A stretch of 64,000 bases of DNA from Antedon mediterranea (Eukaryota; Animalia; Echinodermata), in assembly GCF_964355755.1 (NCBI RefSeq), contig NC_092678.1:20911365-20975364 (forward strand), read 5' to 3'. How positions within the stretch are numbered: position 1 is the first letter of the stretch; each line of letters opens with the position of its first letter. The notes beneath the pieces were generated by a model, which was given only the letters and a program-made list of their open reading frames with translations, searched no databases and was not told the DNA's origin. Shown piece after piece: positions 38,201-51,193 of the stretch. The translations under genes were made by a program, and so were the position numbers.

Positions 38201-41200
38201 CTGCATATTGCTATCTTTTCAACTTGGCAATGAAATATATATTGTTAATTATTAGTAAATTTCTTAGATTTGTTTTAGAGTGAATTCTAATGAAGTTTTA
38301 AGTTAAGTCTTTTTTCCATACAAATATGATGACGCATGCGCACACTACAATAATCCATGTTGCATTGCATACATAAGAAGTGATACCAATATCAAACTGC
38401 TATTTTTATCATAGACATTGTATCGATAGTACAGGAAACTTAACAGAGCACGATGATGAAGAAACAAATACTCTGACGTTTACAGATATCCAAACCATTC
38501 TTCTGAAACAAGCTAATTGGCTGAATAAATTTCATAGTTTAATTCATGTAAGTATTTATCCAGAAAATGTTGAAAATATCTCTGAATAATATCCAATCAT
38601 CATATATATATTTAATGGATCTGTATTATATTGTTGTAGATTCTAGTATATAATTTAAATTATGTAATACATTTAGAGTGTCCATGGTTGTCTGGCTGCT
38701 GAGATGACCAAAGAAGAATCGGTCATTCAAGAATTCGAACAGTGCAGTTACAAACTGAAGCAAATTATCAATAATTCCAATGAACATGAAAAGCGGATAA
38801 TTAACAACATGGACGATCACAGTACATCTTTGGTACATAAGCTTCAGTTTACGGCGGAAGAAGTGAAAGACAGAACAGCCCAGGTTTTTTTATTTATCCA
38901 TTATTTATTTAGATTCTATAAAATTAGATTACTCGGCCACCAACCTGACACAAATATGCTAGTAAGGTCCAAGCATTGCAATCCCCAACCAAGTATAGTT
39001 AAAAGTGAATGCCCTTTTAGATTCTAATTATGGTGTTTTATTATTTTTTTTAAATTAAATTCATTTTCCAGAAATTGATGGTATACGAAGAGAGTTGGGT
39101 TAAAAAGAAGGGCACTGTTACTGTTCTTGATGTCAGAAAGCGAAAAAGAAAACAATCAATAGAAAAAAAGAAATTAACAATGATTGTTTTCGTCAACACA
39201 GTTCTAATTGTACAACCTAATGCGTAAGAGGTTTTTCTTTTATAATGTCGCATTGTTTAATAATATTGAGCTTTCGATTCGCAACGAAAAAAGAACTCGT
39301 TACGTCATATTTAATTTTTGTGCGCATGCCGTGGAATATTGGAATGTGCTTCGAAGTAATTCGATTCCTCGACCCAGTTATGGAAGATTCTAAATTTACA
39401 AAAATCCAAAGTTTCCTAATATTGCTATTATTTTATTTTGTTTCCCAGAGATAGTTTCAAAGTAGTTGATTGTATGTACAAGAAAAATATACAATTTCAA
39501 AATGGAAGTCATGGGAACGTTCAAAACAACTTTGGAATAGAGGAGATTGAAAACATTGGTGGCGGAGAGATTGTTAGATTGACTCATTTGGATCCAGTTT
39601 CAGTTTCAAGATATTCTATCAAGAAATATCTAATTCATTTCGAAAACAGGTACCGCGTATTTTATTATATGAAATAATTGCATAATAACTAATTATTACA
39701 CACAAAATTACTCTAAATGTAGAACCTGATGAAGCAGTCTGTATTGTGCAATAAAATGTTGCAATTTCAACTTTAAATACATATTATATAATAAAATACA
39801 TTATTTAATGTCGGTAAATCTAACTTTGTAAGCATTCATTCCTGGTATGTTCTTGAAATGGTCAACCCTGGATAACTATAATATTAGTGCAATTCTTTTG
39901 TTGATCTGCCATATCTACTTTTTCATCATTACTATAGAAAGGAAATTCTGGAATGGTCCAAAGTATTGGAATATTCGGAAGAAGAAAATCTAGCACAGGA
40001 ATTGGAATATTGTAAGTTTTTCAGACTTCATAGATAAATATACATATCTACTGTATTCTATATTCTAGATTCTAAAATAGACTATTATTTATATACCGTA
40101 TTTTAGATTATTTATATGTCTATCTTTTACATGAATTCTTAGTCACACCACTTGAGATGTTTAACAAAACAAAGGAACAATGTTCGCCTGAAGATCAAAG
40201 AAAAGGTAAAGGTTATACTGGATTATTTTTAATTGTTCCGGCTTCTTGCGATCGCGTCTGTGTAGTTGTTATACAGAGGTTATATCCTAAAGCAAAGGAA
40301 CCGTGTTTCTTTTGCCATATTATATTATATAACATTATATTTGTTCCTCGTCTATACAATAGGATATTCCAGGGTAGTGCCTTCGGTTTTTAATTAATTA
40401 ATTTTTAATTGCGTTTTTTTAAATTTGTAATATTTATTTGTATAGTTTAATTTTGTATTGGAACGTTAACATCTGATATAACCGTAAAAGGTATACAACA
40501 TCAATTATTTTAGGATTCACTATTTTGTACATTTCCCTATAATTATAAAAAGAAGATTACATAGTCGTAACTAATTTGTATATTTTCTTTCATAGAACAA
40601 AACGATCGTGAAGTTGAGGTTCGTATTGTTTATTTGTCCATTTGTAAAACTGTCACTTGTATTAAATACCTAACTATCAACAATATTGAACCAAGGTGAC
40701 AATACAGCTTGGGACTTCTGACCAGGTTTGATTGTTTGGTCCTTTCATGCACCAAATTCTACAATACAATATCATTGATTTGCTACGATATATTATTTTA
40801 TTAAGATATTATTAGGTATTGCCGATCTGAACAAGAAGACTATCAAAAGTCTTTCAAAACTCAACCAATCATATATCAATGATGGTGTCTTAGATGGAAT
40901 TATTGGAGAAGGAGAGAAACATCATCTGTATCTTAACATCCTTGAAGTCAAAGATGTGATTGAAAGGTACGCATTGATTAATAGAGGTTCTATTGTAGTA
41001 GTAAAATAACAGGTAGTTTGTAATTATGAAAATTCTGTATTTTCAATCATTTGTGAAATTCAAAACAGCTTTAAAATCACTTTATCTTATTTTGAAGTTT
41101 TGACAGCGGGCTTGAATCTAATCGACAAGACAGTGTTGCATATTTTAGTAAATTAAATAATCAGTTAAAAGAAGATTCGTTTAAGCCGATCATTAAGTAT

Positions 41201-44200
41201 CAAGCCAACATGTGTTTTCAACAGAACATGCTACAGTTTCAAAGGTAAACATAATATGGGAAACTTTTTTAAGATCGTATGATTAGTAGGCCTAATGAGA
41301 ATAGACATAATACAGTGTCACACTCTACTCGTGGTCTTTTATCCTCCTACAGTACTCGCTGTCACTACTGAAATCCTCTTTACCGTCTTTATCATTCCTA
41401 CAATTATTGTTGATCATCTCAATAAAGATATTAAATTGTAATTATTTAGTAATCTATAAAACAGCATTGATACAATGCGTACTGGTAATTGACATTTCCT
41501 TTAAATTTAAACAGAAAACATAAAACAACATTCATAGAAGTGCTTGGAAAATTTGGACGAACAAAATGCGGAGTTTCAGAGATGGACTTACAGTTACGAC
41601 TTTCGAGACCTCCAGATTGGCTAACGTGCCTTTATAGAAAATCTAAGGTAGGCACACGGTTTCTGTTTACTATGTAACGACTTGTTTGTGGGTATGTGTT
41701 TGTAGTGTATGTCATGAGGTAATTTCCCGAGAGATCGTAACATCAATGGTACTGGGTTTGGTCTTCTAGCGTTCCTGCTCGCAAAACTAGTCGTCCAATC
41801 TTTGTTAAATTTTAAACATGTTTAAACGAAACAATCTATATTTTATTGTTTAATTTAGGCTTTGACCAAGGCATTTAAAGGTCATGTCGATCAGCCGCAC
41901 CATCGGTTGCAAATAGATACACTTCAGAGGCTAGAACAATTGATCAAAGAAGAAAAAGAGCTCACGAAAAGCGTAGATAAAGACTTACACATGACGACAG
42001 TACTGATCAATTTACCAATACCATCATCACGTGATCCTCAATTATTACAAGTCAGTAAAAGTGTTTTGATTTGGTCCGTTAAATAAAGTATTTATTTTTT
42101 CTCCATGATAATTCTATCGTTTTCTTCAGGCCTATGTTTTAGATCCATCCTTTCTATTGTATTGGGCGTACCGCGCAAGTACAGTGCCTCGGTTGCATTT
42201 ACTTTAAATTATTTGAGGGTTTAAATAGCAGAAACACAACAAAAACATGTTTTATCAATGGATGTAAGTTCACGTAATAATAGTAGACATAATACACATA
42301 AAGTTGCACAGCGCATTATGCATAAGTCTATATTGTACTGTACTTATAAGCTATTATTACAAACAATATAGAACCTATCAAACATTAAAGATGACTGGTT
42401 GAAAAAGCACGGTTGTTTTACATTATATACCAAGAGAAATACTGAAGAGAGTAGCCCATTGATGAGTGTGCGAAAACGGTATTCACAAAAAGAGAGCATC
42501 CATATCTACGCTTCAACATCAGTTATTATTGTGACTTCGTAAGTAAAGCCATTTCTGTTATCAATGTATTTTCAAAGTTTAAATAGTTCATTAGGAAGAA
42601 TTTGTTTTATACAACCTTTACCTGAGTATTAAAAAATATTGCAAAACAGCATATAGAAGGAGTTTGCCAATTGACTTTCCTAACAATGACATATCTTATG
42701 TCGACTATTTTGTGTCTGCTTTCATTCAAACACTGTTGTTGTGCTCATGTTGTTTGTTGGTCAATCTCTTTTACCGCTCACAGCCTAAGAGTAACGTGGC
42801 TTTGTCGATAATTATTTTAAATGTGTTCAGAAGACTCAGATGAATTTGCAATGCAAAATTATCACCATTGATCTATGCCGAATATTTACCGTGAATGTAA
42901 ATTATTTTATTTATTCATTTTATAATTATAGCTACCGTTAATATAATTCAAAAACATTTAATTTTAGAAATAGGTGTCCCGGAGTATATGTTTTGATAAA
43001 CACCTTTTTAGTAACCTATTCCACATTGTTTATTCAGAAAACAATCTTGCAACTGCTATGATCGAAATTATGCTGATATTGAAGTTGTTGACGCAAGGAA
43101 CAGGAAAAGTTGGATGCCTGAAAAGGGGTTTTCGTTTAAGTTGTGGATATATGAGAAAGTAGGCAGAGAAGACGATTACAGGCCAGTGGAATACCTTCTT
43201 GAACTTACCTCTGAGAGTGAACAAATTGAGTAAGTCCAAATGTAATTCAGTATATTATGTTATATATTATTTTTCATTTCACACATTAAGAAATACTGAG
43301 AATTATGAAACGTTTATAAAAGATGAATTGTGTGTCTAAATAAAATGATATCACAATGGAAAATAAACACAGTTATTATATGGGTTTGATGTGTAAGTTT
43401 TGTTACAACGTAATTGTTTTAGGAAAGAATTCATGGAATGGAAAACAGCACTCGTTGTATCTACGGGTGAATCTGGAAAATACGATGATTACAGTAGGTG
43501 TTTGTTACTTTTAAAATATATGTATATAACGCATCACATAGCAAGCATATAGGTCGCCAAATTACAGGATTAAAAAAGTGTAAAATATCTATGAGGTATG
43601 CTTAGTTTTAACTTTGTTTTATAGCTCGACCAAGACATATCATATCGAAGCCGTTTACCACGGACAGAGACAACGAGCTTGAACTCGAAGTGAACGACTT
43701 TGTGGAACTTATTGAATATCGAGAGGCCATTGGCACGGGTAGATATTTAGGCCTAATTGTTTTATAGTCAGACAAGTTCACTATTTTTAGAAATAAAAAA
43801 GATCATTGTGTATTTGTGCATGTTGGATCAATTAGCAGAAATTGATGCCCATTGAATACTGAAGGATTATTTTTAATCTTTAAATAAAGAAGGTTTAATT
43901 GCACAATATCATTACTATTACTGGTATAGTGATTAGTAAATGAAATGTACATTATCACTGCAATACATACATTCTGTTTTTCATGTAGTCTGGGTAAAAG
44001 GAATTCGTTATAAACGCGGTGGAGTGTCTGGATGGTTTCCACGTGAAATTCTAGGAAGAGAAGTTGACAGTGAATACAACATTGGCCAGAAAATTAAACT
44101 ACAGTTTCAGAAAGAAAGAGAAAAAGAAGTCGAAGCAGACAAAGGAGGTTATAGACCTATGTAAGATTTTATCTATTTTATTCAAATTAAAAAGAGATTA

Positions 44201-44917
44201 TTTCTATATTGGTCATGTTATATGCGTTTTAATTTTATTTACGTTTTGTATTCTAGCTACACTCAAGTTATAAGGAAAGACAATCATAAAACAACTACCA
44301 GAAAAGTAAAAAAATCAGAAAAAAAAGAGAAGTCAAAACGTTTCTCATTTGGTTTCTCTGGTAGAAAACACACAAACAATACAAGAATACCTCCCGTACC
44401 ATTCGGTGCTGTAACTATGCTGGATTCTACAGCCAGTGATGGTACACCATATGGTGTACTAACCAGTAAAAATACAGCTACCAGGAAGGATAGGACAATC
44501 AGGTTTGACACAGAAGGATCCACCAGGGAAGATTTAAGAGCCACCCGGGAAGATTTTGGAGCCACGGAGTATGTCATGAACAAGGATGTGGCAACATCAA
44601 TTAACAATCGCGATGAGAATGGCTATCTTATATACGGTACTACTTTGGAGGCTGTATATGAAGAATTACATTTTCCGTCGCCTGGCGGTGATAATAAAGA
44701 AGAAACATCTGTATTTGACCAAAATCCTTGTTATATTCCAGTGCCAGACCAACATGATGCATACGGTTCTAGCGAACCATTGTATGATGACGTTCCAGAA
44801 AACTCTGATAGCTCCTTCAGCGACGACTATGATGATGCTTACGAGTATGACTATGCGTATGATCACGTGATAGTCCCATCAAGTACCGAGTACATTGAAG
44901 TGTGTGACAACAAATAA
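34393..44917 (+). CDS. Multi-exon gene 2: TKL kinase-(DH-PH)x2-SH3-Tyr-rich tail, ephexin-like RhoGEF-derived; in-frame stop in skippable exon 2
   Basis: Exons 34393-35254, 35657-35968 (TAA at 35881), 36888-36927, 37333-37373, 37588-37625, 37737-37897, 38008-38154, 38415-38547, 38677-38883, 39072-39223, 39449-39649, 39938-40011, 40143-40205, 40596-40618, 40806-40966, 41098-41244, 41515-41647, 41859-42050, 42372-42538, 43038-43229, 43423-43493, 43625-43738, 43989-44160, 44257-44917; phases are consistent throughout. Confidence 0.7.
36076..36913 (+). repeat. Three tandem 279-bp copies covering an intron end and the first 26 nt of an exon
   Basis: Units start at 36076, 36355 and 36634 (gtatcgttctcaaatg...tcacagGTAATAACGTTGAGGCAGAAGAAAA). 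Confidence 0.95.
37737..40011 (+). CDS. Degenerate DH-PH module 1 of gene 2
   Basis: FLSERERRHLMINIVDV (cf. DH 'Ls..e...LF.NI..V'); PH-like WVKKKGTV..MIVFVNTVLIV, FKVVD, C-terminal helix EILEWSKVL. Confidence 0.6.
40806..43493 (+). CDS. Degenerate DH-PH module 2 of gene 2
   Basis: EKHHLYLNILEV, FKPIIKYQANMCFQQNML, LQLRLSRPPDWLT; PH-like WLKKHG, EFMEWKTAL. The first three exon lengths (161/147/133) are identical to module 1. Confidence 0.65.
43625..44060 (+). CDS. SH3 domain of gene 2 (two exons)
   Basis: PFTTDRDNELELEVNDFVELI + VWVKGIRYKRGGVSGWFP; the W..G.R...G..GWFP pattern resembles ephexin-family SH3. Confidence 0.85.
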
Positions 44918-45640
44918 AACGTGATTCAATCAATTAAATACATTTAATTGATCATAATTAATTGTCAGATTTTGACTCTTAAAATGTATTATAAATAGAG
45001 AAGTATTTTATATGCATAAGGTCTGCATATGGTATTTCTATACTAATAAAATGTGTTTTTGTTGTGTTTTTTAGAATAACAACATTTCCAAAAAAAATTA
45101 ATTCCCTGATAGCAAATTTTAGAATTTAGAATTTTCTATTCTACTACATTAACATTGATTCCATTGGCCAAACGTAGCCTAATTCATGATTAGGCCACGC
45201 TTGTGTTTAATATTTTAATATAACATTAATATAATAGTTGCACTGGAAACTATGTAATCGTAATACTCAGAAAAATACATTATATTTTACTCAATAATTG
45301 TATTATTTTCTTTAATAACTAACATTTATTGAAATGTGTACCTTTAAAATTATCGGATGCTACTGGCGGATATCACTTCAAGCGCAGCTTGCAAAAGCGA
45401 GGTCGGAGCAATGAATTAAATTCTCTTATCTATTATCTTATGTAAAGAAAATCCTCGGAATTGATAAAAACTCCCTGTGTTTCTTGTCTGACACGTCACC
45501 TGGGGATACAAATTGGATTAAGGAGAGATGTCCAATCACTGGTCATTCAATATCAAATTTACTACGAAATTGTGTTTCTTCATCTGTTTTTGGCCGGCCC
45601 CAATTAAAAGTGTAATTTTTCGTGTGTGTGCCGTCACTTA

Positions 45641-47200
45641 AATGGAATGGAAAACAGCACTCGTTCTGTCTTCGGGTGAATCTGGGAAATATGATGACTA
45701 CAGTAGGTGTTTGTTATTTTTAAAATATATTTATATAACGCATCACACAGCAAGCATATGGTGGCCAAATTACAGGATTGAAAAAAATGTATTAGGGATA
45801 TGCTGCTATGGTCATAACAAATCTTAGTAGGCCTACTATGAGCAAGATTCGAATTAGTAAGCAATAATACTGACCAGGCAACTACCACCTAGTCATGAAT
45901 AGGTTATAACCGTGCTAGGCCTAATATAGGCCTACAGTATCGTATAATATTGTATTGCATATTCTTGCGCCCAAAATAGGGAAAGAACAATTTGTATTAA
46001 AAATCAAGACCATAATTTTTATTCAAATTTGCTTTGAATCGTAAATAGTAAATACGCATGCACATCCCAACGCTATCCGTGGTAATTTTGCTTAGTTTTA
46101 TCGGCTTTGTAGAAAATCTGAGGTATTGTATGGTTATATTGTTAATATTTTATTTCTTATTCAGGCTTTGCACAACGCATTTAAAGGTCCATTCGATCAG
46201 CCGCACTGTTGCTTGCAAATGGATACAATTCAGATGTTACAAAAACGTATCCAAGAAGAAAGCGAGATCTCGAAAAGTGTGGAAAAAACTCTCACATGAC
46301 GTCAGTACTATTACATTTACCAATACCAGCACCACGCGATCCTCAATTATTACAGGTCAGTAACAGGTTTTTTTATAAATAATTTCATTTTGATCATAAT
46401 TTACAACATTATCCTGGAAAGTTTGCGAAACGTACTTTTTTATTTTGTACTTATTTATCGCACATAATTGGATCAACAAAAAAGAAAATTTATTCCTATA
46501 ATCAGTTGTTTTGTTGTTTTCTTTCCTTTTATCTTAATTAATTCTCATTTTGTGTATATGTATTTGTAAACTTTTGTCTGTCTTGTTATATTATTTTGTA
46601 TTATAATGGTATTATATTATACATTAGATTGAATTTTAATTTTGTCATGTTTACAAAAATTATAAGTGACTTTTGCAAGTCAATTGAGGTTCGATGGTAT
46701 AGCAATTGGTTAAACATTATTACCAAATTTAAATAAGTTATTTTTAAACATTGTTCTAAATACAAATAACTTATTATTTTCTTCCAAATTATAGAAACTA
46801 GGAAACATAAAAGACGATTGGTTGAAAAAGCACGGTTGTTTAACGTTATATTCAAAGAGAAAAACTGACGAAGGTAGCTCATTGATGAGTGTGAAAAAAC
46901 GATATTCATAAAAAGAGAGCATCCATATCTACGCTTCAACCTCAGTTATTATTGTGACTTAGTAAGTAGACAACTGTTTTGTTTTTGTTTATATAGAATA
47001 TCAATATCCCAAGTGTTCTTAATAATCCATAAAGTTCAATTACGTCAGAGTAGAGCAAACATCTGACGAATCATTCGTTTGTTTAAATTTGAAACAGAAA
47101 ACAATCTTGCAAATGTTATGATCGAAATTATGCTGATATTGAAATTGTTGACGCAAGGAACAGGAAAAGTTGAATGCCTGAAAGGGGGTTTTTGTTTAAT
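45641..47200 (+). pseudogene. Decayed partial duplicate of gene 2 module-2 exons
   Basis: 45642-45790 ~ 43435-43580; 46164-46356 ~ 41859-42050; 46797-46965 ~ 42372-42540; 47097-47200 ~ 43038-43140; indels and truncation present. Confidence 0.85.
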
Positions 47201-48604
47201 AGTGAGCTGTAGAGTGAACTAAATTATTGTTACAAACTTCGTTCTTCTTTGGGTGTTCTTGTCCACCGTCCTTTTTCAATTTCAATAATCTATACTTAGT
47301 TACAGTATATCACATTGTATACGGTCTGACACACACTGCAAATTGTTTTTGTTTCATTTTATCTATACAATCAATTGTGATTTTACTAACATTAGATCTT
47401 GGTGTAAAAAACATATCTTAATAATTTATCTACATCGCATCATACGGACCAAATCAATTGTACTAATGTTCTCCCTAAGCAGAGACTTCTTTTGTACCTG
47501 GACCTAACCTTTTGTCTATGCTTCCATCTAAGCAGAGGATAGGCGTATATATATATTATATAGATTATATTATATGGCCCTTTTTCTTTGAGGAATAAAA
47601 TATCGGTTGTACGAAATCATGTCCAAACTATAGGGTACGCTTTAATATTTTGAAAAATACATCGTACTTAGAGGGCGCTATTAACAATCTAAAAGTATTA
47701 AAAATAAACACGGGTTTGTCAGACGTGCCAAACACGGAAAATATAATACCAACGTATTTCAAATATTTGTATTTCAATGCATGGATTTTTTATAAACACC
47801 TATATTAGCGTTTTCTTTTTTTCTCTTAATAATCTAGAGTAGGCCTAGTAGGAATTAGTAATATCGGGATTTTTTAAATTATTTTTTATCAAAAATATCG
47901 GAAGGAAATTGCATTATCGGGAGATCTGGAAATAACTCAAAATATCGGGAGACTCCCGTCATTATCGGGAGAGTTGGGAGGTCTCAGTTGCCAAATGCAT
48001 TCGTCTCCGACCGCAAGTACGTCACTGGTCTTTTGTTTTTTTCTTTTGTTGATAGATATTTACAAAAATATTAAATTTACAATAATTTTTACGAAACTTA
48101 TGTTTATGATTTAAGTTTTAAGTATAGATTATAATCTTATTTTTAATCTTTTCATTTTTTAATTTATGGAAAAAGAACAACCCGTATTTCCGAAAATAAT
48201 ATAGATTTTATTATGTGAAATGGGCCGGAGGCCATTGTTTTTTTAAATAAAATAAAGAAAAGAAAGATTTGCAGTATATTTAAATTCCAAAATAAGGATA
48301 TAAACAACATTTGCACCGTCTACCTTTGAAGGATAGTTTAGACACTTTTTAATGTTATTTTATTAGATTGTATTTTATCGGGGGATCGGGAAGTGACTAA
48401 AAATATCGGGAGACTCCCGCCATTATAGGGAGAGTTGGGGTTTTTTTGCCAAATATATTTGTTACCGACCGCAATACGTCACTGGTCTTTTGTTTGTTAC
48501 ATTCCATGCATTTTATTTATGGTATTCTTTTTCGTGTCATGCCATTGAATGGTAATTTTGTTTAGTCTGTATACATACAGTTATCAATTTTGTTTTTTTT
48601 TTAT

Positions 48605-48920
48605 TACTCTAGTAGCTAGATCAACTTTCGTATGCACTTTGAGGTCCAGAGAATTTGACTTCAGAAATTGGTTTAGAATGGTCAAACAATCATTATTGGC
48701 TTGGTTACACATTTTGAAAATGTGGCGAAAGGTCAAAAGGTCAGGGTGAAAGGTTATAAAATTAAACACCAATAGGCCCTTAAATCTCGACAACCACTGG
48801 TCACAGCGAGGTAATTTTGGTCTCAAATTGATCAGAAGGTATACATTTATATTCAGTCTAATGGGACATTTTAGTCAAAAATGACCGGAAATACCATTTC
48901 TGACCTTTGACCCACACCCC
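48605..48920 (+). mobile_element. Truncated second copy of the left TIR of the element at 21938
   Basis: tactctagtagctagatcaactttcgtatgcactttgaggtccagag...gacctttgacccac, near-identical to 21938-22250. Confidence 0.9.
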
Positions 48921-49059
48921 AGATATAAAAAAAAAATTAATATAATAAGAATAATAATTGGATTAAACCTCATTCTATCTAGTCCATGGGCTGGAGGGGG
49001 TTACCGTGCACCCCCCCCCCCCCCCCACCCCCCACAGTTAAACTTCTTTGGTATCATTT

Positions 49060-49960
49060 TCTTTCCACGGACATATAGAGTGAAAAAATCGATGTTAACA
49101 AGAAAAATATAGGGATGCATTGTATGTACTTGCGTCATTTGTAATGATCAGCAGTGTTTTATCTTCAAATATTTTTGGGATAGGGGGTAACATTTATCCT
49201 AATAACCCAAGAATCCAACATCTAATTAGTATTATCTTAGTAACATTGTGTAGCATACATCTTTTAAAATCTTTTAAAATTTAAATAAAATTAATCGGAA
49301 GATTATTAAGGTCAGTAGAGGTCAAAAGGTCATTGACCTTTTGCAAAATGCAAATTTTTCCCAAAATATAGATAAATTTCAATATCGTATCTACAATTTT
49401 CAATATTTTTTATCTTAATTGTGTTTTACTTGTGCTTACTGACATATTGAATAAGAAAATATATGTTAACAAGATAAAAATTGCAGTTCATTATATACAA
49501 ATTGTTATTTTTTTATTGTTAAAAATTGCGATAAAAATACATTTTTTGGGGTAGGGGGTAACAATAATAGCAATAACCCAAGAATCAAACATCTAATTAG
49601 TATGATCTTGGTGTCGTTGTGTAGCATTTGTGTTTTTTAACCATATAGAATTTTAATAAAATTAATTGAACCATGTTTCAGGTCAGTAGAGGTCAAAAAG
49701 ATTACTGACCTTTTGCAAAATTGCAAATATTTGCCATAATGAGATACATTTCAATATCAAATCTCCAATTTTCAATATTTTTTATTTTAATTGTGTTTTA
49801 CTTGTATTTACTGACATATCGAATAACAAAACATGTGTTAATATAAAAAAAATTGCACTGCATCAATACCAATTGTCATGTAATTTTGTTATTCTTCAAA
49901 ATTACAATAAAAAAACATTTTTGGGGTAGGGGGTAGCATTAATACCAATAACCCAAGAAT
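49060..49960 (+). repeat. Diverged ~370-bp tandem repeat (~2.5 units), probably subterminal repeats of a transposon
   Basis: ttttggg.taggggg...ataacccaagaat recurs at ~49175, ~49545 and ~49920. Confidence 0.7.
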
Positions 49961-50011
49961 TAAAACGATTAAACGATTTTTAAATCGTTTAAAAGAAATA
50001 TTATATAATAT

Positions 50012-50709
50012 AAGCCTTTTTCCCTGTCGACGTTGAAATACGTTGAGTTGCGTTGAGTTTAAAATCGTTAAAGTTGAAAATAAAATAGCGATGACGATGA
50101 TCGAGTCGGACCGCTAATATTTACACATTTTTACGCGATCGTTCATAGTTGTTTCTTGGTTCTCTCTCGAGCGTTGCTGGGACACGCGGACGTACGTGAA
50201 GTGTTGCAAAACTAAGGCCGGCCACGCGCAGCCGGGACCGCGTGAAAATTGAAAAAGTTACGGGTTTTGATGCTTAAACCCAGCATAAGACATACTTTCG
50301 TTGATATCTTAATCTAGGCTTACACTAAAGACAAACATTAAATTTAATTGGTTTAATATTATAATTTAATTTAACTTACACTTGTTTTTTTTAAATATCA
50401 GACCTTAAAAGTGTACAAAAAAGGTTAAAAACATCGTTGCGTTGTAAACATTCAAGAATTGTCAGCGCGTACCTATTTTTTCACAAACTGCAATGACGTA
50501 ATTTGTGGACCATTTTATTGGTCAGTAAATTAACGATCGTAACGATCGTAATCGTTAAAGTTCAACCGAGTTCAACTTTAACGATTTAAGATTTTAACGA
50601 TTTTCAACGTTAATTTTTACCCCCTTTTCCTGTTAAATCGTTGAATATGTCAACTCAACGCAACTCAACGCAACTCAACGTAACTTAACGTCGACAGGAA
50701 AACAGGCTT
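50012..50709. mobile_element. MITE with terminal inverted repeats
   Basis: aagcctttttccctgtcgacgttgaaatacgttgagttgcgttgag ... ctcaacgcaactcaacgtaacttaacgtcgacaggaaaacaggctt. Confidence 0.75.
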
Positions 50710-51193
50710 TAAATAGAACAAGCAAAGGTACTGTTATATCTTATGTGTATTTATTGCATCTTTCATTGTGTGTACAACGTACTGTATACATACAGATTAC
50801 CAACCATGTGGTTATATCGATCTCCCTTAACCCATAATGCCTTGCTTTCCCTTAGTCTCCCAATCCAGACACTACGTCTTCCCCCTTCTTTAGCTAAAAC
50901 TCACAACCCAATTAACTCCATACAATATGATATTCATTTTGTTTTTTTTTAACTTTAACAATAACAAAACAATTTAACTTTAAACTTTAAATCAAATATC
51001 ATCATACATGCATATTATAAATGTTTTCCTTGATCACATATCATTTCTTATTATTTCAAAGATTCCTATAATATCAATGAACAACTTAGCATATAATAGC
51101 ACTTAAAACTTTCAACATCTTAACAAAATCTCAACTTCTGGTGAACTTTAAAAATTAACATAACTCATAAATATAACTTCTTAATTTTACACT

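Noticed and set aside
34393-44917. Trio/Kalirin orthologue (two DH-PH modules + kinase)
   Set aside because: Domain order and kinase group differ; no Sec14, spectrin or Ig domains; the SH3 looks ephexin-like.
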